A stretch of 64,000 nt of DNA, from assembly GCF_036321535.1 (NCBI RefSeq), contig NC_087437.1, forward strand, positions 82,338,001 to 82,402,000. Direction: 5' to 3'. A model generated the notes under the pieces. The model made no database searches. It was not told the origin of the DNA and saw only the letters and a program-made list of their open reading frames with translations. Source of the DNA: Camelus dromedarius (Eukaryota). Every line of letters starts with the position of its first letter. Positions within the stretch are counted from its first letter, which is position 1. A program made the position numbers and the translations under genes. Shown piece by piece: positions 37,465-48,510 of the stretch.

Positions 37465-40400
37465 TTAGATTCCACATATGAGCAATCTCATATGGTATTT
37501 TTCTTTCTCTTTCTGGCTTACTTCACTTAGAATGACATCCTCCAGGAGCATCCATGTTGTTGCAAATGGCATTATGTTGTCAGTTTTTATGGCTGAGTAG
37601 TATTCCATTGTATAAATATACCACCTCTTCTTTATCCAGTCACCTGTTGATGGACATTTAGGCTGTTTCCATGTTTTGGCTATTGTAAATAGTGCTGCTA
37701 TGAACATTGGGGTGCAGGTGTCATCCTGAAGTAGATTTCCTTCTGGATACAAGCCCAGGAGTGGGATTCCTGGGTCATGTGGTAAGTCTATTCCTAGTCT
37801 TTTGAGGAATCTCCACACTGTTTTCCATAGTGGCTGCACCAAACTGCATTCCCACCAGCAGTGTAGGAGGGTTCCCCTTTCTCCACAGCCTCTCCAGCAT
37901 TTGTCATTTGTGGACTTTTGAATGATGGCCATTCTGACTGGTGTGAGGTGATACCTCATTGTAGTTTTGATTTGCATTTCTCTGATAATTAGTGATACTG
38001 AGCATTTTTTCATGTGCTTTTTGATCATTTGTATGTCTTCCTTGGAGAATTGCTTGTTTAGGTCTTTTGCCCATTTTTGGATTGGGTTGTTTATTTTTTT
38101 CTTATTGAGTCATATGAGCTGCTTATATATTCTGGAGATCAAGCCTTTGTCAGTTTCACTTGCAAAAATTTTCTCCCATTCCGTAGGTTTTCTTCTTGTT
38201 TTATTTCTGGTTTCCTTTGCTGTGCAGAAGCTTGTAAGTTTCATTAGGTCCCATTTGTTTATTCTTGCTTTTATTTCTTCTAGGAGATAATTTTTTAATT
38301 GTATGTCAGATGATGTTTTGCCTATGTTTTCCTCTAGGAGGTTTATTGTATCTTGTCTTATGTTTAAGTCTTTAATCCATTTTGAGTTGATTTTTGTATA
38401 TGGTGTAAGGGAGTGTTCTAGCTTCATTGTTTTACATGCTGCTGTCCAGTTTTCCCAACACCATTTGCTGAAGAGACTGTCTTTATTCCAATGTATATTC
38501 TTGCCTCCTTTGTCAAAGATGAGTTGACCAAAAGTTTGTGGGTTCATTTCTGGGCTCTGTATTCTGTTCCATTGGTCTATATGCCTGTTTTGGTACCAAT
38601 ACCATGCTGTCTTGATGACTGTAGCTCTATAGTATTGTCTGAAGTCTGGGAGAGTTACTCCTCCAGCCTCTTTCTTTCTCTTCAGTAATGCTTTGGCAAT
38701 TCTAGGTCTTTGATGGTTCCATATGAATTTTATTATGATTTTTTCTAGTTCTGTGAAATATGTCCTGGGTAATTGGATAGGGATTGCATTAAATCTGTAG
38801 ATTGCCTTGGGCAGTGTGACCATTTTAACAATACTGATTCTTCCAATCCAAGAGCATGGAATATCTTCCCATTTTTTAAAGTCTTCTTTAATTTCCTTCA
38901 TCAATGGTTTATAGTTTTCTGTGTATAATTCTTTCACCTCCTTGGTTAGATTTATTCCCAGATATTTTATTACTTTGGGTGCTATTTTAAAGGGGATTGT
39001 TTCTTTACTTTCTTCTGTTGATTTATCGTTAGTGTAAAGAAATGCAACTGATTTTTGAACGTTAATTTTGTAACCTGCTACCTTGCTGAATTCTTCAATC
39101 AGCTCTAGTAGCTTTTGTGTGGACCTTTGAGGGTTTTCTACATATAGTAACATGTCATCAGCATATAATGACACTTTTACCTCTTCTTTTCCAATTTGGA
39201 TCCCTTTTATTTCTTTCTCTTGCCTGACTGCTGTGGCTGGGACTTCCAGGACTATGTTGAATAGGAGTGGTGATAGTGGGCATCCTTGTCTTGTCCCAGA
39301 TTTTAGTGGGAAGCTTTTGAGTTTTTCACTGTTGAGTACTATGCTGGCTGTAGGTTTGTCATATATAGCTTTTATTATGTTGAGATATGTTCCCTCTATA
39401 CCCACTTTGGTGAGAGTTTTTATCATAAATGGGTGTTGAATTTTATCAAATGCTTTTTCTGCATCGATTGAGATGATCATGTGGTTTTTGTCCTTTCTCT
39501 TTTTGATGTGATGTATTACACTGATTGATTTGCGTATGTTGAACCAGACTTGTGTCCCTGGGATGAACCCCACTTGGTCATGATGTATAATCTTTTTTAT
39601 GTGTTGTTGGATTCTATTTGCTAAAATTTTGGTGAGGATTTTGGCGTCTATGTTCATCAGTGATATTGGCCTATAGTTCTCTTTTTCTGTAGTGTCTTTG
39701 CCTGGTTTTGGTATCAGGGTGATGGTGGCTTCATAGAATGAGTTTGGGAGTATTCCCTCCTTTTCAATCGTCTGGAAGAGTTTGAGAAGGACTGGTATGA
39801 GTTCTTCTTTGTATGTTTGGTAGAATTCCCTGGTGAAGCCTTCCGGTCCTGGACTTTTATTTGTAGGGAGGTTTTTAATTGCTATTTCTATTTCCTTTCT
39901 AGTGATCGGATTGTTCAAGTGTTCAGATTCTTCTTGATTCAGTTTTGGTGGACAGTATGTTTCCAGAAACTTGTCCATCTCCTCTAGGTTATCCAGTTTG
40001 GTTCCATATAGTTTTTCATAATATTCTTGTATGATATTCTGTATTTCTATTTTGTTTGTTGTAATTTCTCCATTTTCCCTTCTTATTTTGCTAATTTGTG
40101 CTCTCTCTTTTTTCTTCTTTGTGAGTTTGGCCAGAGGTTTGTCGATTTTATTTACTTTTTCAAAAAACCAGCTTTTGGTTTGGTTGATTTTTTCTATGGT
40201 CTTTTTAATCTCTATTGTATTTAATTCCTCTCTGATCTTTATTATTCCCTTCCTTCTGCTGCTTTTTGGGGCTTTTTGTTCTTCTTTTTCTAATTCATTC
40301 AGGTGGTGGGTTAAATTGTTTATTTGAGATTGTTCTTCTTTTTTGAGGGAGGCCTGTATCGCTATAAACTTCCCTCTTAGCACTGCCTTTGCTGTGTCCC

Positions 40401-41259
40401 ATAGGTTTTGAGTGGTTGTGCTTTCATTATCATTTGTCTCAAGGTATTTTTTAATTTCAGCTTTGATTTCCTCATTGATCCATTGTTTTTTCAATAACAT
40501 ATTGTTTAATCTCCATGCTTTCCTTTTTTTCTCCTTTGTTTCTCTGTTGTTGATTTCCAGTTTCATGGCATTGTGGTCAGTAAAGATGCTTGAGATAATT
40601 TCTATCTTCTTAAAATTGTTGAGGTTTCTTTTGTGCCCAAGTACATGATCGATCCTGGAAAATGTTCCATGTGCACTTGAAAAGAATGTATATCCTATTT
40701 TTGGGGGGTGTAATGCTCTGAAAATATCCACCAAATCTAGTTTTTCTATTGTAGTATTTAATTTCTCTGTTGCCTTGTTTATTTTCTGTCTGGAAGATCT
40801 GTCTAGTGATGTTAATGCAATGTTAAAATCTCCAACTATGATTGTATTCCCATCAATATCCCCCTTTATCTCTGTTAGTAATTCTTGTATGTACTTAGGT
40901 GCTCCTATATTGGGTGCATATATATTAACGAGTGTAATATCCTCATCATGTATCACTCCTTTAATCATTATAAAATGTCCTTCTTTATCTTTCTTTATGG
41001 CCTTTGTTTTAAAGTCTGTTTTGTCTGAAATCAGTACTGCAACACCTGCTGTTTTGGCTTTTCCATTTGCATGGAATATCCTTTTCCATCCTTTCACTCT
41101 CAATCTATATGTGTCCTTCTCCCTAAAGTGGGTCTCTTGTATGCAGCATATTGAAGGTTCTTGCTTTATTATCCAGTCTGCCACTCTGTGTCTTTTGACT
41201 GGAGCATTTAGTCCATTAACACTTACAGTAATTAATGATAGATGTGTGTTTATTGCCAT
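37465..41259 (-). pseudogene. ORF2: L1 ORF2p (APE endonuclease, reverse transcriptase, Cys-rich C-terminus); 1264 codons with one internal TGA at 38110-38112
   Basis: Track ORFs 38110-41259 (1049 aa) and 37465-38028 are in the same frame; reading through TGA gives [21 protein letters not shown]. Motifs QETH, GDFN, RIDH, TDH, YADD and [18 protein letters not shown] are present. Confidence 0.96.
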
Positions 41260-41663
41260 TTTGAACTTATCTTTGCAGTTGAATTGGTATATCCTCTTTG
41301 TTCCTTTCTTCTTCCTTTTGTGGTTTGGTAATTTTCCTTTGTATTATCATGGATTTTATTTAATTTTTGTGACTCCTTTGTAAATTTTTGGCTTGTGGTT
41401 ACCCTTTTCTGTAAATCTATCAACCCATTACTATAACTGTTTTTATTAAACTGATAGTAACATGATCTCAAACCCATCCTACTGTTAACAAAATTTAAAA
41501 AAGAAAGAAAAAAATATTCTATATTTCCCTGCCTCCCTCTCCCACTCTCAGTGATTTGTATGTCTTCTTTTATAATTTCATGTTTACTTTATTTGTAATT
41601 CATGAGTTATCACCTTTCCAGTTGTGTGTTTCTCATTTCTGTAGCATCCTGCTGCTTTTCTAT

Positions 41664-42566
41664 TTAGAATAGCCCTTTCAATATTTCTTTTGGCATGGGT
41701 TTAGTGTTGCTAAACTCCTGCAGCTTTTTTTTGTCTGTGAAACTCTTTATTTCTCCTTCTATCCTCAAGGATAGCCTTGCTGGATAAAGGATCCTAGGCT
41801 GCATCTTTTTTTCATTCAGGGCTTTGAATATATCTTGCCACTCCCTTCTGGCCTGTAGTGTTTGTGTAGAGAAATCAGCTGAGAGCCTTATGGGGGTTCC
41901 CTTGTAACTTACTCTTTGCTTTTCTCTTGCTGCCTATAGAATCATTTCTTTATCCTTGACTCTGGCCATCTTGATTATGATATGTATTGGTGTGGGTCTG
42001 TTTGGGTTCTTCCTGTTTGGGACCCTCTGAGCTTCCTGTACTTGGATATCTGATTCCTTCTTTAAGTTTGGGAAGTTTTCAGTCATGATTTCTTCAAAAA
42101 CCTTTTCAATCCCCTTTGATCTTTCTTCTCCTTCTGGGACCCCTATTATGCGAAGATTGGGATGCTTTATATTATCCCATAGGTCCCTCATGCTATTTTC
42201 ATTATTTTTTATTTGCTTCTCTTGTAGTTCTTCTGAATGGGTGCTTTCTATTGCCCTGTCTTCTAGATCACTAATTCGTTCCTCTGCATTATCTAGTCAG
42301 CTTTGCACAGCTATTAGATCATTTCTCATCTCTGTCAATGAGTTTACCCATTCTACTTGGCTCTTCTTTATAGCTTCAGTTTCATTTTTGACATATTTTA
42401 TATCTCTAAACACTATCTCTTTTAATTCCTTCAGCAATTCGATCACTCCTTTTTTGAAATCTTGATCTAGTAGGCTATCGATGTCTATTTTGTTGATCTT
42501 TCTTTCAGGGGATTTCTCTTGTTCTTTCAATTGGGAAAGGTTTTTCTGCTTCTTCATCTTGCTCAT
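41664..42566 (-). pseudogene. ORF1: L1 ORF1p (coiled coil, RRM, CTD); 300 codons with two internal stops (TGA 42297-42299, TAG 41934-41936)
   Basis: Single frame MSKMKKQKNLSQLKEQ...AVQS*LDNAEERISDLED...NLRIIGVPEGEE...EMIL*AAREKQRVSYKGTPIRLSADFS...ARREW...YPARLS...LKGLF*, translated by hand between the track ORFs. Confidence 0.93.
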
Positions 42567-43059
42567 ACCTCTTTGGCACTGTGGTTTATGGAGTATCAGT
42601 TGTTTATTTTGGTCCTTAAGGATTTTATCTATCTGATGCCTATTTAGGAATAGAACTTAGGAAAAAAAGAAAAAAAAAGAGAGAGAAAGAATTTTAAAAG
42701 AAGGGAGAAAGAGGGTTTGAAAACAGTGTATAATGAATAATAGAAGAGTGAGTTGAAGCAGAGTATTAATCGGGTTGAGACGTCCTTTTAAAACCTTTAC
42801 AAAAAAAAGGGGGGGGGGAGATGAATAGATGTATTTGAAACCTGTGTCTAATCAATAGCAGGACATCAAAACCCAAGAGAAATAGAAATGAATTAAGAAG
42901 TAAAGATTAAGAGAGTAATAGAAAATAGAACAGGTAAAAACAGATTAAAAAAAAGGGGGGGGGAGGGGGTTTGTCGGTGTTCTCCTGGAGTCTGTGTGCT
43001 TTTAATGTGAAGTCTTTCTGTCTTCGTCCTGTTTTGGAAGCTCAGCTTGCTGTTTTCAG

Positions 43060-44228
43060 AGGCCCTCCGTTGGCGCCCTCTTCTGTGCTGCTCCTAGCAC
43101 CTGTCGGCAAGCCGATCGCGCCTCCTCCTAACACTGGGTCAGGTGCCGCTCTCTGCTGTGGGCGGGCGGGTCGCTGTCCCTCCGGATGCTGCAGTCAGAT
43201 GCTGCAGACTGGCCAGGTAGGAGGGCGGGTCGTGCCCCCTCCCAGCACCTCAGTCAGGGGCTGTGTTCCTGCCCGAAAGGCGGGGGGCTGCTCTCGCTCT
43301 ACCTGCGCCGCCGGTAGTTCCGCTCTTGTGCGGCTGCGCGCTCCACCCTGGTCGGCGCTCCGCAGGTGGGCTAGGGGAAGACCGAGGGACAGCCCTGTCC
43401 CTGCTCCGAGCCAGAACCCAGCTCCTTGTTTGTCTTTGTGGAGCAAGTTCTCTGAGGGACCAGGATGGAAGGATCCTATCTGCCCCGGGCTGCAGGCCAG
43501 TCTCAGTCTGGCCTTTGAGGCTGCTAAGCCCTTCCGTGCGGATGCAGGTTTCGCCCCCGCCTGAGTGCTCAGCGTGGAGGATATGGCGGCTGTGCCTGAG
43601 CCCCGCCTCTCTTACCTCGAAAACTTTCCGCGGGTTTTCAGAGATGGGGGTGTGCACCCTTCCCCTGAGAGCACATCAACCTTGCTGTTTTATGGAGGGC
43701 CCAGGTTGTTCTGCCCTGTGCACCCACAGCCACGGCGCGCAGCCCCTTGCGTTCCCCTGGGGCTGCCTCCGTGCAGCCACTTCCGTCCTCCGCCCGGCTT
43801 GTGCAGCCTGGCCCTGCCCGCGGCTGCCGGCCGCGTCTCAGGCTGGGTGTCGGGGGGACGCTCTGTGCCCGTTTAACTTAGTTCTGTTAGTCAAGGGCTC
43901 CTCTGTACAGATCCGAGCCTCGGAGGCTCCCCCTCCGTCCCGGCTGGCCTCTCAGTTGGAGAGGGGAGACCCAGCGAGCGAGCGCCAGTCCTCCTTTGCC
44001 GCTCCCTCCCCGCGGGACCCATCCCGCGCTGCTTTGCCTTTTGTTCTTTCTTTTTTCCTTTTCTCCTACCAGATTTTTGGCGTCTTTATCTTTTGAAGAG
44101 GGCGATGTTCTGTCGGAGTTCCACAGGTGCTCTGGTTGGCCGAGTGGGTCTGTAGATTTGGGTCTTGGTGTATTTGTGGGAGAGGGTGACCTGCGAGCGT
44201 CCTTCTACTCCATCTTCTCCCGGAAGCC
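43060..44228 (-). promoter_or_regulatory. CpG-rich L1 5'UTR internal promoter with YY1-like motif near the start
   Basis: The only CpG-dense segment in the window. AAGATGG lies ~12 nt from the element's 5' end, where mammalian L1s carry a YY1 site. Confidence 0.75.
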
Positions 44229-44242
44229 TACATTCTTCTTCT
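44229..44242 (+). repeat. Right copy of the TSD of the full-length L1
   Basis: TACATTCTTCTTCT followed by AAGT; identical to 37128-37141. Confidence 0.9.
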
Positions 44243-45530
44243 AAGTAGTAACTTGGCAAATGGGAGCCTTTGCCTCTCTGTTTCAAAAGCCTGGCTTTTA
44301 ATTTCTGGGCTGAAGGAAGCATTCAGTGTTGTGCCCTTGGACCCACACACCCTAGGGAGGGCTTTCACTCCTTCCTCCTGTGCTTACGTGAAGTCACTAA
44401 GGTGTGGCTCAAGGTGCAAGACAAACCATCGTGGAGTGCGTGGAGTGCGCTGGTTTGAACTGGAGCCCCATTTGTGGGGATTTGAGATGCGACCAGTTGA
44501 GTGCCCATGGGGCGTGAGTTGGCATGGAAGGGCCAGAATAGAAGGCTTTTGGGGATTCGTGAAAATGCTGTGGCTAAGATCCAAATTAATCTGAGTTTTC
44601 AGACTTAGTTTTGGTGGATTAAAGGCAGGTGAGGAGACCAGGGGTGGGAAAGCAGTGCTTTTAAAGCTAATCTCGATGTCAAAAAATAAAATAACCACTG
44701 GGATAAAAGGTAAGTGACATCTGGCATTCAGAAGAGACTGGGCCTGTGTTAAAACATGGTCTTGCTTGTCTTTGGAGTTCCCAAAGGCCCTGAAATAAGT
44801 GGAAACTGCCCTGATTAAGATTTATTTCTTCTCCTGCCCTCAATTTACTTTATGTATCCTTCTGAGTTTTAGTTCTGCACTGGTAACTTGGGGATGAATG
44901 TATATGTTCTTTTAAGGACTGTTTTGAAGCTCGTATGAACTGATGTTTTTGAAAGAACTTGATAATCTCACAAGGTAATTTCTTTTTCTTTTGTTCTGTC
45001 TCTCCCTCTTTTCTTCTTTGTCTTTCTCTCTGTCTCTCCCTTACCTTCTGCCTCTCCAGCTCCCCACCTCTCTCCCTTCCACTAGAATCAATACCCAGGA
45101 ACCAGAAACAAATAAGAAAAGTCAGTCATAAAAAAGAGACAGAAAGGTAAAGCCCAGGGAGACACAAGTCAGTACTTATACCAAACATTACATTACGGGG
45201 GTGGGGAGGGTGCGGAGCTGCTTAAAACCATAGCCTGTGATGCATTTTTGGTTACCTTTGCCTTTGCAGACTTTTAGGAACCAGCTCTCTGCTTTCAGAC
45301 TCCACAGGCTAGACACACTCTATGTATTTCCCTCTTCTCTATCACTTTGGAAGGAAAACTAGAATCCAGATGTGAGTACAAAGACAATTAGACATCAGAG
45401 AATGGGCAGGTGCATTCTCTTGGAAAGCTGTGGCTACATGTACCTAGAACTTCATTTTAGGGCTTCAGAGGGTAAGGGCACTTGGCTCTAATGTTCATCA
45501 ATATCCCCTTCCAAGTACACAGGGGTGGAG

Positions 45531-45569
45531 GTGGGGTCTAGCTCAGTGGTAGAGCATTTTACTACAGAT
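45531..45569 (+). pseudogene. Tailless retrocopy of the 5' half of tRNA-Cys(GCA)
   Basis: TGGGGTCTAGCTCAGTGGTAGAGCATTTTACTACAGAT matches 34/38 nt of the vertebrate tRNA-Cys 5' half as I recall it (GGGGGTATAGCTCAGTGGTAGAGCATTTGACTGCAGAT). No 3' half or poly(A); flanked by imperfect direct repeats. Confidence 0.8.
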
Positions 45570-45589
45570 ACACAGGGACTGCAGTCTCA

Positions 45590-45910
45590 TGCCCTTTGAA
45601 GCCAGGCTTTGCCTAGTGGTGACTGGAGGTGGCCAGTGAAACGTGAGCAGCAGTGACATGTATCACTTATAGTCCCTGTGACTGTGGTGGGACTCTCCTG
45701 CTCTCTCTCCTACTGCCATGCTGACCAAGGGGGCTACATGCTTTTGATTGTGCAGCTGGGAGGAGCAGAGACTCTGCAAGCCTGGATCACACAGTCACCA
45801 CAGAAGACACCGTTGCTTGGAGAGAATTCCAGACTACAGAGGATTTTTGCATGAGAGAAAAGTCAACCTTTGTGGTACTGGTTGGGGTAGCAAAGAGTGT
45901 AACAGCCTAC
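45590..45910 (+). mobile_element. MLT1 (H/G-like) MaLR LTR relic
   Basis: GCCCTTTGAAGCCAGGCTTTGCCTAGTG...GCAGCAGTGACATG...TTTTGCATGAGAGAAAAGTCAACCTT. Confidence 0.6.
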
Positions 45911-46964
45911 ACTGAACAGTCCGGGGCATGTGGAGAGAAGTCTGTGGAGAGAAGACTTTTGCTCTTCTCTTGGTGGCTTTCCTTACACTCTCTGCCTACT
46001 ACTTCCAAGCAGCCAAACCACTACAGAGTGTCCCACTTCTCTTTTGTTTTTCTTCTATCCTAAACCCAGAGTAGCAGCTGTGTGGTGGGCTGCAGCTGTT
46101 GGAACTGAAGGGGAAATGGTCACTCCTCTTCCCTTTGGAATTGGTCTTGTCACATAAGTGGTTTACACACTGGTGGTCTCCACAAAATCCAGGCATGTGT
46201 TCTCAGGTGCTTCCCTCCTTCCGCATGCACCCCACCCCGTCTCCATCCCAATGCATAGACTGGAGCCACAGACCCCCCACAAAGCTGGGAGGTACTGTAA
46301 CAGTTTAGGAGGCCCAGGTTCCTCTTTGGAAACTGGCAGACCTGATGTGCGCCACCCACACACCCAGCTGTTACAGAACTGATGTAGCCACAAGCAGAGA
46401 GAATCTCCAGAGCTATTTCCTGGAAGGAATGATGAATGTGGTTTTCTTTTTTTTTTGTTTCCTCCCAGAGTATGAAAACAGTATATCTCAAGTGACTTAG
46501 AAAGGGATAGTGTGCCTGAAAGGTAGTTGAAGTTACTCCTGTGAGTTTGCTTACCATTATGTCTTCATTCTGCCTTTTCATCAATTATACTCCATCCCTG
46601 AGGCTTTTAGAGTTTGTATCATGATCTCAAATGTGGACATTATTTTGATTTTTATTTAATTGGGTATAATCATAGTTTAATGTAATTTTTCATAGGATTC
46701 ATTAAAAAACCTATTGCCATATTTTAAAATATGTAAAATGTAATAAATTTGTAAACTGATTAAAAGATGTCAGCACTTTAAAACTGTTTAAATCCAAAAA
46801 TGGAGCTTTTAAAGTACATTACCAACACATACCTTCCCAGAAAAATTTTGTTTAATAGTCTTAGTTAAGAGCAGTCCACACCAAAATGTCATAGATTCAA
46901 AAAGACTCCATTGACCTATGGCATTGAACATTACTGCTGAATTGGAATAACATATTTAAAGTAC

Positions 46965-47355
46965 TTGTCCTAGTTAAGGTAGGCTAAATTATCTAAGTTA
47001 TGCTTGGTAACAACTCTAAAATTTTATAATTTTAAAACATTTGCTTGCATTACACATTTATTGTAGGTTGGTTTTTGTGTGACGGAAGATCATTGTCTTC
47101 CATCAGGAAACAGGATAGGAGAGGCTACGTGCCCACACTGCCAGAGTGTCAAGTCAGAAAAAAAAAATGGAGGCAGGGCCCAAATCATACACTGATTCAT
47201 AAAGCTTCTTCTTGGAAGTAACACAAATCACATCTGCTCACATTTCATTGGCGAAAGTTATTTACATGGCCATACCAAGGGTAGAGGTGTAACCCTACGG
47301 ACACTTCCCAGAAGAACTAAAAATATTTGGTAGACACCATTAATGACCACCACAC
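46965..47355 (-). mobile_element. MLT1K/L-like MaLR LTR relic
   Basis: TCACATCTGCTCACATTTCATTGGCGAAAG...CATGGCCATACC...AATATTTGGTAGACACCATTAATGACCACCACA. Confidence 0.6.
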
Positions 47356-48129
47356 TGAACTTTAATTCATACTAATTTACTTAAACCCAGCAAATGCTAA
47401 AGTGTATTTTAATTAGAAGTTCATCCATCAAGTCATTGGATCTCACACAGACATCTAGAGACATCTGGACTCCAACCTGTACTTCTGGGGAATTGACCTC
47501 CTCATGGACAGGAAAATGAACTTGGATGTAGCCACAAAACTTTTTAAAGAGGCAGATGGTCAGCCAGCACTCTGAGTATAACTCTTTTAGGAATGGACAT
47601 GCTGAGGGGGGCTAGGGAACAAGCATATAAAAGAAGATAACTCCGGTATAGTAAAAAAGAAGACAAGACTCGAAGTCAGAAGACCAGTTTTAAGCCCTAA
47701 CTTGGCAACTTATTGGCTAAGTAATTATGTATCCATTGTTTATTTTCTAGGAGTCTGACTTTCCCTGCCCTGAAAGATAAATAATCAAATCAGAGAGAAT
47801 GAAATTGCCCACCAGCTCCATTCATTTTGAAAGCTTTCAGCACTGGGTTACAGAATGGAAAAATCTAACGACATTCCTTGTGTGTGTGTGTAGTCATTAC
47901 ATGAAAGTTAAGCACAATATTTTGAATATTTAAGGACTCTTTGCTCTTCCAATGAATACTACTATGGGTTTACTAATTGAAAATTTAGGCTCTGGAAAAC
48001 TTGGGGGTCATATTTAAAGCTTAAAGTCTTTTCTTTCCTTCCTTCCTTCTGTCTCTTTGTTTCTTCTACATTTACTAACTATAGCCTCTATAGTTATTAG
48101 GGAAGTCACCGTGTCTATAATATTTTCCC

Positions 48130-48510
48130 TTCCCTAAAGGATGCAAAAGTGAGTAATGAGATGGAGGCTGTAATACATGTATGGATAGAATGCTACAAGA
48201 AAAAGAAAGTATCTAACTGTGTTTAGGAGGTCGGGAAAGATTTCACAGTGAAGGTGACGTTTCTCACTCTGTAAGAAAAAAAGGTGAAGAAAGAAATTCT
48301 AGGTAGAAGAAATAATTTGTGCTAAAGCATAATGATGATAATTAGCATTATGAATCTTTAATGTCAAGTAATTTAAAGTAGATAAAGTGCAGGATATTTG
48401 GGGAGAGGTAAAATTAAAAAGATAGGCAAGAGTCTGACCATGGTGGTCTTTGTAGGCCATGGCAAAGAAGTGTGTGGTACATCCTACGTGGACTTTAAAT
48501 AGGGTAATGA
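48130..48510 (-). mobile_element. L2 relic
   Basis: GGAGGTCGGGAAAGATTTCACAGTGAAGGTGACGTTT and CTTTGTAGGCCATGGCAAAGA are L2-like antisense motifs. Confidence 0.55.

Larger units (their letters stand above)
37142..44228 (-). mobile_element. Full-length young LINE-1 (~7.09 kb): 5'UTR 44228-42567, ORF1, spacer, ORF2, 3'UTR, poly(A)
   Basis: ORF1 and ORF2 homology, a CpG-rich 5' end starting GGCTTCCGGGAGAAGATGG, and a T14 tract at 37147-37160. Perfect 14-bp TSD; the TTCT/AA junction fits the L1 endonuclease TTTT/AA preference. Confidence 0.98.

Noticed and set aside
38110..41259. 1049-aa ORF as a functional host gene or novel reverse-transcriptase system
   Set aside because: It is a standard L1 ORF2p truncated by a nonsense codon inside a canonical L1.
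37198..42465. Numerous + strand hydrophobic ORFs (e.g. 40775-41383, 42085-42465)
   Set aside because: These are antisense shadows of the A-rich L1 ORFs, a common artefact.
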